53,711 nt of DNA from a virus (IMGVR_UViG_3300017734_000008:1-53711); one strand, 5' to 3'; positions 29,234 to 38,861 are shown, counted from the stretch's first letter. Notes: a model not told the origin generated them from the sequence alone. Made by a program: numbers and translations.

Positions 29234-30805
29234 ATGGACTTAAGTAAATCCTTGGAGCAGTTTAAAAAGCTGTTCCAAGGGTCTGATACATATCACGGTC
29301 AATCTAAAAAGTTGGGTAAGCAAAGATCTGACGGAAAAGACGAATGGCGTAGTTGGATAAACCCTATCCCTATGACAGATCAAAATTGGTTAGATCATTT
29401 AGAAGGTAAAGATAGTTTTGGAACTGTGCCAATACGAGATGACTCAACAACAAGTTGGGGTGTTATAGATGTTGATAGATATAATATTGACCATAAAAAA
29501 TTTATTAAAACAATTAGAGAAAGAAAATATCCATTTGTACCTTATAGATCAAAATCAAATGGCTTACATTTAATATTACATTTATCAGAACCTGTAGCTG
29601 CAGCTGACATGAGAAAAAAGATGATAGCAATTGCATCTGATCTTGGTGTCAACGATACAAAGACTGATATTTTTCCTGCACAAGATACAGTAGATTTGAC
29701 TCCTGAAAAATGGGACGACAAACAAAAAGGACAATTTGTTAATTTACCTTATCACAATGCAAAGTTTCCTACACGATGTGCAATGGATGATGAGGCACAA
29801 AGTTTATCTTTTGATAAGTACATAGAATATGTTAAAAAATTTATAATTACAAAAGAACAATTCACCAAACTTAAAACAGCAACGGACAACGAAGACAAGC
29901 AATGGCCAAATTGTGTAAATAAATTTGTAAGAAACCAAATAAGAGAGGGTGAAGGTCGTAATGATGCTATGTTTAACGTTGGTGTTTTATGTAAAAAAAT
30001 AAATGAAGATAAAGATTATTGGGAAGCTGAAATTAGAGAGATGAATAAAACTATTTGTGTACCGCCACTTACACCAAAAGAAATAGCAAAAGTAATAGAT
30101 CAAGTAGATAAGAAAGATTATTCATACAAGTGCGGAACATCAGTAGCTAGGATGTATTGTAATGGGTCTACACAATGTGCCAAAAGAAAATATGGTATAG
30201 GATTAAATGAAGCTATACCTGAGGTTGGTAAATTAGTTAAAGTTAATTCGTATCCCGATCCTTATTGGTTGTTACCCATACAAGGTAAAGTGGTAAAGCT
30301 AGATACAAAACAACTCTACCAACAACAATTACTTGGAGAGAGATTGTTAAATTATGATATTGTTTGGAGACCATTAAAACCAAGTAAAAGAGATCCCGAT
30401 CCTTATAGAGATTGGCTTGAAGAATTAATAACAAATAAGCAAGATATGGAAGGCTTTGACGGAGAGGAAGAGAAAAAAGAAGTATTTAATACAAGAATAA
30501 TAAAATTCTTTGAAGATACAGACACCATTACAGAGTTTGATCAAATAGAACATGATAATATTTTTCAAGATGGTAAAGAAATTAGATTTAAACTTGAGAC
30601 TTTTAGACAGTTTATGAAAAAACAAGGCTACAATTGGTCGGAAAAAGATTGTACAATATTCTTGCAAGGAGCAGGTTGTGAGAAAAAAGCAAAATTCCAA
30701 GGTATACAAGCGAGACATTGGGTTGCAACATTACCAAAACAAACAGAACACAGAAACAAAGATGTCAAATTTACTAAAGCAAAAGCTCCATGGGAAAACA
30801 ATTAA
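29234..30805 (+). CDS. AEP-type primase (prim-pol) with PriCT-like domain
   Basis: IDVD, RSKSNGLH, NLPY, EGEGRNDAMF. Confidence 0.8.
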   Translation: MDLSKSLEQFKKLFQGSDTYHGQSKKLGKQRSDGKDEWRSWINPIPMTDQNWLDHLEGKDSFGTVPIRDDSTTSWGVIDVDRYNIDHKKFIKTIRERKYPFVPYRSKSNGLHLILHLSEPVAAADMRKKMIAIASDLGVNDTKTDIFPAQDTVDLTPEKWDDKQKGQFVNLPYHNAKFPTRCAMDDEAQSLSFDKYIEYVKKFIITKEQFTKLKTATDNEDKQWPNCVNKFVRNQIREGEGRNDAMFNVGVLCKKINEDKDYWEAEIREMNKTICVPPLTPKEIAKVIDQVDKKDYSYKCGTSVARMYCNGSTQCAKRKYGIGLNEAIPEVGKLVKVNSYPDPYWLLPIQGKVVKLDTKQLYQQQLLGERLLNYDIVWRPLKPSKRDPDPYRDWLEELITNKQDMEGFDGEEEKKEVFNTRIIKFFEDTDTITEFDQIEHDNIFQDGKEIRFKLETFRQFMKKQGYNWSEKDCTIFLQGAGCEKKAKFQGIQARHWVATLPKQTEHRNKDVKFTKAKAPWENN

Positions 30806-32372
30806 GTTTTTTGGTCCACCAGGAACAGGTAAAACCCACAGACTTTTAAAAAGAGTAGCAAGATTTTTAAAAAGAGGTATCTCTCCTGATGAGATTTGTT
30901 ATATCTCATTTACAAACAAAGCTGTTGAAGAATGTAGAGACAGAGTGCGAAAACAATTTAAAGGTTATGATGAAGATGATTTTAAATATTTTAGAACTCT
31001 ACATAGTTTAGCTAGACAACAATTCTCTGACATACCTGTGTTAGATCCAAAAGTAGATATGCTGCAATTTCACACTCAATATGGCACAGTCAAAATAAAC
31101 TATAAACCTACTTGGGATGACCAAAGAGTTTACAACAACTGGTCCTTACAAATTTATGATAGAGCAAGAAATATGAAAATGAATCCAATAGATTTGTATA
31201 AGAAAGAACCTAGAAAGAAAGTTAGACTACAACAATTTAAATCAATAATTGCAGGATACGAACAATATAAAACTTACGAAGCTAACCCAGGTGAATTTAA
31301 AAACGATAGATTAGATTTTACAGACATGGTGCAAAAATATATTGAGTCGGGTTTAGCATTACCTTTTAAAATATTAATGGTAGATGAAGCTCAAGATCTT
31401 ACTCCTCTGCAATGGGACATGGTTGTTAAGTTAGCTATGAATGCAGATAAAGTTTATATAGCAGGTGATGATGATCAAGCTATTTACGAATGGAATGGTG
31501 CTGATGTTATCTTTTTTCAAACCTTTCCTGGCAAAGTAAAAATACTTAAACAATCTAGAAGACTAAACAAAAAAGTACATTTCTTTTCTAAATGTCTTTT
31601 AAACGGTATGGAAGGTCATCGAATAAAAAAAGAATTTACATCTAACGGTAGTGATGGAGAGATCTATAAATGGAGTACATTAAAAAAGATACCTTGGGAG
31701 ATACAAGGATCTTGGATGGTGCTTGCACGAATCAATGATGTAAAGAAAGAGATGCAAGACGAAGCCAGAAAGCTAGGTTTATATTTTCAAGATATGCGTG
31801 GGAACAAATCATTTGATATTAATCAATGGAAAGCTATTGGTGATTGGCAAACTATATGCGATGGTGGTGCAATAACGAGAGAAGATGCCTGTAACATGTA
31901 TAACTACTTGCTAAACATAGATCACGGCTACCGATCAGCGGACAGCAAGAAGTGGAGCTTTGCCCACCCAAATCAAGTATTTAATTTTGAGCAATTACAT
32001 TTACAAGGTGGAATGGTAGAGGAACGTAAACCTTGGATAGACGCTTTTCAGAGAAAGTTTAAAGATAAAGAGAAATACTACTTTAGAAAGCTTCTAAACA
32101 GCGAAGTAAATTTAGATGATAAAGCAAGAATCATCATAGATACTATACATCAAGTTAAGGGAGGTGAAGCTGACAATGTTGTAATCTCGGCCAAGTGTAA
32201 TTTTCCATCGCATTTTGATAGAAAAAATTTAGAAGACAGAGTAAAAGAGTTACGTGTTTGGTATACAGGAGTTACTAGAACTATAAATACTTTACACTTA
32301 TTAGGTACATATCATAAGTATCATTTTCCCTTGTCTAAATATTATAAATTGTATAAAAGTAATTATGCCTAA
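30762..32372 (+). CDS. UvrD/Rep SF1 helicase
   Basis: GPPGTGKT, DEAQD, GDDDQAIY, TIH..KGGEAD. Confidence 0.92.
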   Translation: MSNLLKQKLHGKTIKFFGPPGTGKTHRLLKRVARFLKRGISPDEICYISFTNKAVEECRDRVRKQFKGYDEDDFKYFRTLHSLARQQFSDIPVLDPKVDMLQFHTQYGTVKINYKPTWDDQRVYNNWSLQIYDRARNMKMNPIDLYKKEPRKKVRLQQFKSIIAGYEQYKTYEANPGEFKNDRLDFTDMVQKYIESGLALPFKILMVDEAQDLTPLQWDMVVKLAMNADKVYIAGDDDQAIYEWNGADVIFFQTFPGKVKILKQSRRLNKKVHFFSKCLLNGMEGHRIKKEFTSNGSDGEIYKWSTLKKIPWEIQGSWMVLARINDVKKEMQDEARKLGLYFQDMRGNKSFDINQWKAIGDWQTICDGGAITREDACNMYNYLLNIDHGYRSADSKKWSFAHPNQVFNFEQLHLQGGMVEERKPWIDAFQRKFKDKEKYYFRKLLNSEVNLDDKARIIIDTIHQVKGGEADNVVISAKCNFPSHFDRKNLEDRVKELRVWYTGVTRTINTLHLLGTYHKYHFPLSKYYKLYKSNYA

Positions 32373-32634
32373 GAAACAAATTGGTGGATCTCACTATAAA
32401 TCTTTTGTCATAGAACCTTGGACATTTATCCAAGAAAATAGCCTAAATCCCTTTCAAGCCAATGTAATTAGATATACGTGCAGATATAAAAACAAAGGTG
32501 GAATTCAAGATTTAGAAAAAATAATTCATTATTGTGAAATGGAGATAGACTTTATGAAAAAGAAAATTCCTGATGATACACCTGAAAAAGAGGAGGAGTG
32601 GGCACAAATGATAGCTCAAATGCAAGACTCATGA
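32365..32634 (+). CDS. DUF3310 / T7 gp1.7-like nucleotide kinase
   Basis: QIGGSHY...NVIRY.CRY..KGG..DL.K. Confidence 0.8.
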   Translation: MPKKQIGGSHYKSFVIEPWTFIQENSLNPFQANVIRYTCRYKNKGGIQDLEKIIHYCEMEIDFMKKKIPDDTPEKEEEWAQMIAQMQDS

Positions 32635-34502
32635 GTCATCAATTAAATTTCATTTACAATGATAGTGATTGGGTCGCGCCATCAGAGTACCCTGATCTTA
32701 GAGCTGCCGATGAGGTTGCGATAGATTTAGAAACAAAAGATCCTAACTTAAAAACGAAAGGATCTGGATGGGCAACTTTTGATGGAGGTATTGTAGGTTT
32801 TGCTGTAGCTGCACTAGGTCAGCAATGGTATTTTCCAATACAACACGATGCTGGTGGTAATATGGATCTAGCTGTAACAACTGCGTTCATGGTTGATTTA
32901 CTTAAGAGACCTAGCACAAAAATATTCCACAACGCTTCTTATGATGTGGGTTGGTTATTAGCAAACGGTTTTGAAATAAACGGTAAGATTGTAGATACCA
33001 TGGTAGCTGCAGCTTTGATTGATGAAAATAGATGGAGCTTTTCACTTAACGCATGTGCTAAAGATTATTTAGGTGAGATAAAAAATGAAACTTTTTTAAA
33101 AGAGAAAGCAAAAGAATGGGGTATAGATCCTAAACAAGATCTTTGGAAAATGCCTGCAGGGTACGTTGGTTTTTATGCAGAGCAAGACGCTGCACTTACT
33201 TTAAAACTATGGCAGAGATTTAAAGGTGAGATACAAAAACAATCAATCAATGATGTATGGGAGATGGAAATGGAACTTTTACCTATATTAATTGAAATGA
33301 GACGTACAGGGATAAGAGTTGATGAAAGAAAAGCAGCATTACTCAAAAAAGAATTTAGATTAAAAGAAAAAGAAGTTTTACATAAAATTAAAAAAGAGAC
33401 TACCTTAGATGTAGATATTTGGGCTGCAAGAAGTGTAGCACAAGTGTTTGACAGACTAGGTGTAGAGTATCCAAGAACTGCAAAATCTGATGAACCATCT
33501 TTCACTACTAACTGGTTACAGAACTGTGAGCATCCTATAGCTGGCCTTGTAAGAGAAGCAAGAGAAATAAATAAATTTCATTCGACATTTATAGATTCAA
33601 TTCAAAGATATGTACATAAAGGCAGAATACACGCAGAGATAAACCAATTGAGATCAGATCAAGGTGGAACTGTATCGGGCAGATTATCTTACGCGAATCC
33701 TAATCTTCAACAAATACCAGCTAGGAATAAAGAATACGGTAACAAAATAAGGTCTCTATTTCTTCCTGAGGAAGGCAGACAGTGGGGTTCATTTGATTAT
33801 TCACAGCAGGAGCCACGATTGGTAGCACACTACTCAGCGTCTATCGGAGAGCGTCTTGATGGATCTGATGAGTTTATTCAAGCTTATGCAGACGAATCAG
33901 CAGACTTTCATCAAATTGTAGCTGATATGGCTGGAATATCTAGAACTCAAGCGAAGACGATCAATTTGGGTCTTTTCTATGGCATGGGTAAAGCAAAGTT
34001 ATCAAAGGAGTTAGGTATTGATAAGGATAGAGCAGAGATACTTTTAAATAAATATAATTCAAGAGTGCCTTTTGTAAAAAAATTAGCTAGTGCAGTTACA
34101 CAATCAGCAAGTAAGTTTGGTTTTATAAGAACTATAAAAGGTCGTAAATGTAGATTTGATAAATGGGAGCCAGCAACTTTTGGTATGAATCAAGTTATGG
34201 ATTATAATGAAGCTAAAGCTAATTATGGAAACAATATCAGAAGAGCATTTACATACAAGGCCTTAAATAGATTGATACAAGGATCTGCTGCAGACCAAGC
34301 CAAACAAGCTATGATTGATTGTCATAAAGCTGGTCATCTACCATTGTTACAGATACATGATGAATTATGTTTTAGTATTGGATCCGATAAAGAGACCACA
34401 ACCATAAGAGATAAAATGGAAAATGCAGTGGAGAATTTAAAAGTGCCTTTCAAGTGTGATGTAGCTTTAGGTAAATCTTGGGGCGAAGCTAAAGATGAAT
34501 GA
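32631..34502 (+). CDS. polA: family A DNA polymerase with 3'-5' exonuclease
   Basis: DLET / HNASYD / YAEQD exo motifs; DYSQQEPR, KTINLGLFYG, QIHDE. Confidence 0.95.
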   Translation: MSHQLNFIYNDSDWVAPSEYPDLRAADEVAIDLETKDPNLKTKGSGWATFDGGIVGFAVAALGQQWYFPIQHDAGGNMDLAVTTAFMVDLLKRPSTKIFHNASYDVGWLLANGFEINGKIVDTMVAAALIDENRWSFSLNACAKDYLGEIKNETFLKEKAKEWGIDPKQDLWKMPAGYVGFYAEQDAALTLKLWQRFKGEIQKQSINDVWEMEMELLPILIEMRRTGIRVDERKAALLKKEFRLKEKEVLHKIKKETTLDVDIWAARSVAQVFDRLGVEYPRTAKSDEPSFTTNWLQNCEHPIAGLVREAREINKFHSTFIDSIQRYVHKGRIHAEINQLRSDQGGTVSGRLSYANPNLQQIPARNKEYGNKIRSLFLPEEGRQWGSFDYSQQEPRLVAHYSASIGERLDGSDEFIQAYADESADFHQIVADMAGISRTQAKTINLGLFYGMGKAKLSKELGIDKDRAEILLNKYNSRVPFVKKLASAVTQSASKFGFIRTIKGRKCRFDKWEPATFGMNQVMDYNEAKANYGNNIRRAFTYKALNRLIQGSAADQAKQAMIDCHKAGHLPLLQIHDELCFSIGSDKETTTIRDKMENAVENLKVPFKCDVALGKSWGEAKDE

Positions 34503-34728
34503 TAATTATAATGGTGGCACTGCGTATAGGGCCATGTTAAAATTATTTAGAGAAGCTAAATTAGATATGGAAAATAAAAATAAAAATACACCTTGCCTAA
34601 GATGTAAAGACACGCGTGAGGTTTGGGTATGGAAAGATACTGCTGAATCTGAAAAGATTAAAGTAGACTGCCCACTGTGTAGCAAACAACGGCCACCGCA
34701 AGAACTAAGAGATCTAGGAATTATTTAA
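34495..34728 (+). CDS. small Zn-finger protein
   Basis: CLRC...CPLC. Confidence 0.65.
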   Translation: MNDNYNGGTAYRAMLKLFREAKLDMENKNKNTPCLRCKDTREVWVWKDTAESEKIKVDCPLCSKQRPPQELRDLGII

Positions 34729-34901
34729 GTTTATTTTTTTTTAACAGAACCTGATCTTTTATAGTCTTTCCATTTACAATTGAATGTTTTGAGTCCTGTT
34801 TCAGTAAGAATTTTAATAATGTGGCCTCGTTCGGTTGATTCAACATAGTGCCTAATATAGTTAGGAATATCAGCATACGAGTCTCCTTTGTTTGATGGCA
34901 T
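34725..34901 (-). CDS. 58-aa hypothetical protein, not in ORF track
   Basis: Hand translation MPSNKGDSY... Confidence 0.55.
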
Positions 34902-34952
34902 AGATAGCCTGTCTTATAAATGATTTTTTGATAGGTTGCTAGTATTTTTTTA

Positions 34953-35135
34953 CTAGCTATTTAGAAGACTTTCAGATGCATCAATAACGCTTTGTTCATT
35001 GATTCTTTTCTTTAAGTCTTTAATCTTTATATCAATCCACTTCATATCAGTAGTTACTCTACCCTGTTGTAACGCCTGACTGGCCCACTTGGACTCCAAC
35101 TGAAGCTTCTCCGATATTAGCATTTGTAGTGCCAT
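34953..35135 (-). CDS. hypothetical protein
   Basis: SD GAGGAG; LESKWA...MKWID. Confidence 0.75.
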   Translation of the reverse strand: MALQMLISEKLQLESKWASQALQQGRVTTDMKWIDIKIKDLKKRINEQSVIDASESLLNS

Positions 35136-35319
35136 TTTTTAGCTCCTCATATGTGATGAACACAAATTTTTTTGTATAAAGAGGTTCATCGTTTGCTTTG
35201 ATTTCACCATTGTGCAGTTTTTTACCGAACTGTTGTAAAGCCAAAACATCGTTGTCAGCCTTAATTATCCCATCATAATGCTTACCTTCGTATCTCATCT
35301 GAACGCGATAACTTTTCAT
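35059..35319 (-). CDS. hypothetical protein
   Basis: TATACT 5 nt before ATG (leaderless-like). Confidence 0.7.
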   Translation of the reverse strand: MKSYRVQMRYEGKHYDGIIKADNDVLALQQFGKKLHNGEIKANDEPLYTKKFVFITYEELKNGTTNANIGEASVGVQVGQSGVTTG

Positions 35320-35356
35320 AAGATAGTATATAACAAAATATGGTAGGAATACAACC

Positions 35357-35569
35357 CTATGTGCCTACAGCTGGTGTACAAGTATATTTAGTGGCTAGTC
35401 TATTAGATTCTACTATATCTTGTGGCACTGAAGTAATTAAGGCTTTAGATTCATCGAAAGCTTTAACTGTACATTCTGCCCAAGAATTAAAAGTATCGGG
35501 ATGGGTAACACCTGGAGCGCAAGTGAAGTCCATGAAAGAACAAACATAAATAGTCAAAATAAATTTCAT
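35357..35569 (-). CDS. small Cys-containing secreted-type protein (MKFILTIYVCS...)
   Basis: C-terminal part of track ORF; four Cys; hydrophobic start. Confidence 0.65.
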   Translation of the reverse strand: MKFILTIYVCSFMDFTCAPGVTHPDTFNSWAECTVKAFDESKALITSVPQDIVESNRLATKYTCTPAVGT

Positions 35570-35639
35570 AATATCCCATTTAGTCCTTGCATTTAATATT
35601 GAAATAAGTATAAATTCAAGGAAACAATAGGAGTATATC

Positions 35640-35951
35640 ATGGAAGACAATGACAACAAACCAAGTACACTTGAAAAGGTGGTAGAAAACTTAACGCACC
35701 CTACTACTAACATCAGAGAAGTTAATTTTAAGAATAAACCTGATGACATTGTACAAACACTAGGTGCAGACACCGATGCTATATTGATTACTTTTGAAAG
35801 AGATAAAGGTGAACTAAAACTTTATCACAATGGAGTCGAAATAGATAAAGCTGTATTTGCTAGAGTATTAAAAGCAGAGACAAGCTACTATGCTGTTTTT
35901 GATTTTATACAAGATAAGTTTAAATCATGGAGGGACGCATGGGTGAATTAA
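35640..35951 (+). CDS. hypothetical protein
   Basis: SD AGGAG; upstream TTGCAT-16-TATAAA promoter. Confidence 0.75.
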   Translation: MEDNDNKPSTLEKVVENLTHPTTNIREVNFKNKPDDIVQTLGADTDAILITFERDKGELKLYHNGVEIDKAVFARVLKAETSYYAVFDFIQDKFKSWRDAWVN

Positions 35952-36217
35952 GACTTAAAAGTAGCTCTAAAGCCTTTGCTAAATTTGTAAAGGACGTAGA
36001 TGATATTTTATCAAAAGTACATACACATGACAAAGAAGGTAACAAATGTGAATGCACATCTGAAAGCTTTGTGGATAGCCGAGATAGGTTAGTTAATGTA
36101 GAACTTGACTTTAAAGATGGACATCCAGCAAAGATACTTAATATGTGGGTTGCAGCAGATTTTGTTGATGATGAAATAGAAAGTCTTGAAGCAATCAATG
36201 AAAAGAGGGATCAATGA
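35927..36217 (+). CDS. hypothetical protein
   Basis: ORF track; coupled to neighbours. Confidence 0.65.
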   Translation: MEGRMGELRLKSSSKAFAKFVKDVDDILSKVHTHDKEGNKCECTSESFVDSRDRLVNVELDFKDGHPAKILNMWVAADFVDDEIESLEAINEKRDQ

Positions 36218-36321
36218 AATATTTAGGAAGATTATTACTTTTATTAGCAATATTAATAATACCTCCTAAAATTTTATTTATTATTATAGGAGTATTAGCC
36301 TATACAATTTATAACTCATAA
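36214..36321 (+). CDS. 35-aa membrane hairpin peptide
   Basis: MKYLGRLLLLLAILIIPPKILFIIIGVLAYTIYNS; ATGA coupling. Confidence 0.65.
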   Translation: MKYLGRLLLLLAILIIPPKILFIIIGVLAYTIYNS

Positions 36322-36330
36322 GGAGAACCA

Positions 36331-36492
36331 ATGAGAATAGTAACAATTCTAGCATTATTTTTATTTCTAACGGGTTGTGGTTACACAATGAAGTTAGGTA
36401 AAAAATGTACACCAGGACATGACGAGTGGTCATATGTTTGGTTTGTAGAGAAGGATGGTAACAATGTCAGCAGAAAAAATTGTACCAAGTAA
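36331..36492 (+). CDS. 53-aa lipoprotein, not in ORF track
   Basis: SD AAGGAG; signal peptide + lipobox LTGC. Confidence 0.75.
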   Translation: MRIVTILALFLFLTGCGYTMKLGKKCTPGHDEWSYVWFVEKDGNNVSRKNCTK

Positions 36493-36661
36493 AGATTGGC
36501 GCGAAAGAAGAATCGCTGCCATTAATAGACAAACAAACAAATTTAATGGTATGAGATCTGTGGCCGAATACTATGCAGATGAACACCTACAAATTTGTCA
36601 AAGTAAATGCAAAACTAAAGCGGAGTATAAAATATGGACACGAGAAAATGGAAAAGTGTAG
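36455..36661 (+). CDS. hypothetical protein
   Basis: ORF track; WRERRIAAINR. Confidence 0.65.
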   Translation: MVTMSAEKIVPSKDWRERRIAAINRQTNKFNGMRSVAEYYADEHLQICQSKCKTKAEYKIWTRENGKV

Positions 36662-36849
36662 CTGTAGATATAGAAAACTATAAAATTATTACAGCTATGG
36701 GTGAGAAAGGTTTTAGAAGACCAGGGGCAATGATAGCAAAACTTGTTGACTCTGAACTTAAAACCATTGCTAAGAAAACAGGTAAATCAATTGATAAATT
36801 GAGAGCTGATCTACTTGTACAAGGAGGCCGTAAATTAAATGGACGATAG
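36634..36849 (+). CDS. small ribbon-helix-helix-like DNA-binding protein
   Basis: KWKSVAV strand followed by two helices. Confidence 0.55.
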   Translation: MDTRKWKSVAVDIENYKIITAMGEKGFRRPGAMIAKLVDSELKTIAKKTGKSIDKLRADLLVQGGRKLNGR

Positions 36850-37033
36850 TAGTAATAGAACAACTAAGAACGAAAAGATAATAATTGAGATAAATGAGTC
36901 TACTAAAGGTAAGACCCACGCCATGGCAATAGAACTAGCGCTTACATTAAGCAAACAGTTAGAACCGTGGAAGAGGCATGTAAAGGGGCTCACAATAAAG
37001 AAAAACAATAAGATTTTCAAAAAAGTATCTTAA
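36839..37033 (+). CDS. hypothetical protein
   Basis: SD AGGAGG; ORF track. Confidence 0.6.
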   Translation: MDDSSNRTTKNEKIIIEINESTKGKTHAMAIELALTLSKQLEPWKRHVKGLTIKKNNKIFKKVS

Positions 37034-37196
37034 TCAAGATATTGTGTGGCAGGTGTAAGAAAACACTTGATCTTGTGCCTGCCATTTGTTACAGATCATC
37101 TGTATTCCTCATAACCTAATGAAAAGTAGAGGTTTCAATCTACTTAGATTACCGAACAGCGAACAACCTTTTTTATTAACTTAAAAGGAGATTGTT

Positions 37197-37445
37197 TTGG
37201 CAGAAACGAAGCGAAAGCCATTAGAAGAAGTTTTAGATCAGGGTTTAAATAAGTTAGTGATGTCATGTCCTAATAAAAAAACCTATGATGAAATTACTTC
37301 AATAATGTTTCAGCTTTATAATGGTAATGATTACGGTATGGGGAACTTTAGCTTACAGTTTTTAAGTAAAATTGACCAAGCTTGGCGAAAAGGACGAAAA
37401 CAAACTGCAAAAAAGTTGGGATTGTCTTTAGTTAAGAATGTGTAG
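37197..37445 (+). CDS. hypothetical protein
   Basis: SD AAGGAG + TTG. Confidence 0.7.
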   Translation: MAETKRKPLEEVLDQGLNKLVMSCPNKKTYDEITSIMFQLYNGNDYGMGNFSLQFLSKIDQAWRKGRKQTAKKLGLSLVKNV

Positions 37446-37492
37446 CCACCAGTTTCCATATCCATATCATTGTCTTTCCAAAACTGGTGGTT

Positions 37493-37675
37493 ATGCAGAT
37501 GAGTTTATTTGATCATAGTCTAAGTGACGTAAATGAAATGAGTGGTATTGATCGAACTCATTTTATGAATGATATTTATTTAGATTGGCAAGCCTCCAAG
37601 AGTCTCCGACAAAAGAAAATGGAGACTTTTTATCTTGAGTTACTCAAACAACTTATTAAAGATTATGGGCACTAA
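37493..37675 (+). CDS. hypothetical protein
   Basis: ORF track; ATG lies in hairpin arm. Confidence 0.6.
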   Translation: MQMSLFDHSLSDVNEMSGIDRTHFMNDIYLDWQASKSLRQKKMETFYLELLKQLIKDYGH

Positions 37676-38072
37676 TATTGCGACAGAAATATTAAAAACT
37701 CATTTGAGATCTGAACATAGACTTTATCAAGCTATAGTTGTTCAAGCGTTTGAAGATTGTTTATATACTTTAGGTGGTAAGAATGAAGCTTATAATAAAA
37801 AAGAAGCTCATGAATGGTTTATGGCTAATGGTAAAGATTTTAGACAGATCTGTGATCTAGCTAATTTAGATCCCGATCATGTACACGGTAGGTACAAGTG
37901 GTGTTTAAACAATAAAGTGATTGTTTTTACAGAAATTCAATGTTATTGGATTGAGTATAAAAATGAATATAAGAAATATAGGGCCGTGGGCACTAAAGAA
38001 GAAAGAAAAACCATCAAAGAAAGAATTGACCAAATAAGGTTTAAACTTAAATTGAAGGATAAAAGAAAATGA
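37665..38072 (+). CDS. conserved hypothetical protein
   Basis: RL..AI..QA.ED...A..WF...DF..IC.LA.LDP. Confidence 0.75.
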   Translation: MGTNIATEILKTHLRSEHRLYQAIVVQAFEDCLYTLGGKNEAYNKKEAHEWFMANGKDFRQICDLANLDPDHVHGRYKWCLNNKVIVFTEIQCYWIEYKNEYKKYRAVGTKEERKTIKERIDQIRFKLKLKDKRK

Positions 38073-38269
38073 AAATTAAAATTTTAAAAGCATTAGAAGA
38101 TAAATACCATGCTAAAATTAGTGAGGCCGAGGCTACTTTAGAAATATACCTTACTAAATCTGTAGGAATTGGAGAGCACCCGCAACATATAGATGAAGCT
38201 GATAAACTTGTTGATACGATAGCGCAGAATGAAGAGAAGTTAGGTGTTATACATAGACTAAAACAATGA
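38069..38269 (+). CDS. conserved hypothetical protein (VGIGEHP family)
   Basis: VGIGEHP motif common in marine phages. Confidence 0.8.
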   Translation: MKIKILKALEDKYHAKISEAEATLEIYLTKSVGIGEHPQHIDEADKLVDTIAQNEEKLGVIHRLKQ

Positions 38270-38477
38270 AAGAATTAGTCATAGGTCTACTTATTTTAGT
38301 GAGTGGAGAAAAAATTGAGACAAGACATATTACTATTTACGAATCATGTTATACGTGGTATCAGAAGAACGTAGAAATGAAAGAGATAAAGACTACCTTT
38401 TTAGCCGAAGATCTTATCATTTGTATGAAGGCCAACGAGTCGTTGGTTTTATTTGTAGTGATAAAGAACCTAAATGA
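38266..38477 (+). pseudogene. small protein with apparent -1 frameshift at T-run 38398-38402
   Basis: -1 frame reads SRRSYHLYEGQRVVGFICSDKEPK* and ends in ATGA coupling. Confidence 0.45.
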
Positions 38478-38584
38478 GTATTAGAAAAAAAATTTGTGCT
38501 AAATTAAGATTAAACTGGATGAGAACCCTCTACATCGGTTTGGCCTGTTTGTGGTCTTTTTTAATTTATGTCCCCTTTAAATAA
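38474..38584 (+). CDS. 36-aa basic/TM peptide
   Basis: Hand translation MSIRKKICAK... Confidence 0.5.
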   Translation: MSIRKKICAKLRLNWMRTLYIGLACLWSFLIYVPFK

Positions 38585-38729
38585 AATTAACATTGCAGCT
38601 GTAAATTGGGAAAGAACGAAAGATCCGAAATATAAGAAAGAGTGGTATATTTTAATTAAAAGGTGGTCTGAGTCTATCCGAAAAAAACCCAAGCAAATAT
38701 TAGAGTACAAGTGGCCGCTGTTAAAATAA
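38568..38729 (+). CDS. 53-aa hypothetical protein (TKDPKYKKEWY)
   Basis: Hand translation. Confidence 0.6.
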   Translation: MSPLNKINIAAVNWERTKDPKYKKEWYILIKRWSESIRKKPKQILEYKWPLLK

Positions 38730-38759
38730 AAAAAGTAAAATCATCGAAATTCATAAGGT

Positions 38760-38861
38760 TAACTAAGATAGGGTAACATGTAATAACCTTTTCTAGGGGA
38801 AAAGATGTCGAGAGAGCATGCTACCCTATCGACCATAGTTATGTCATTGTTCCTCCGATCT
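38760..38861 (-). ncRNA. candidate small RNA 2
   Basis: Promoter TTGTCC-17-TATACT (38896-38868, minus); 14-bp stem with G-U valid on minus strand; no ORF. Confidence 0.5.

Noticed and set aside
37115-37170. Hammerhead ribozyme (CTAATGA + stem)
   Set aside because: Core deviates from CUGAnGA and the GAAA after stem II is absent.
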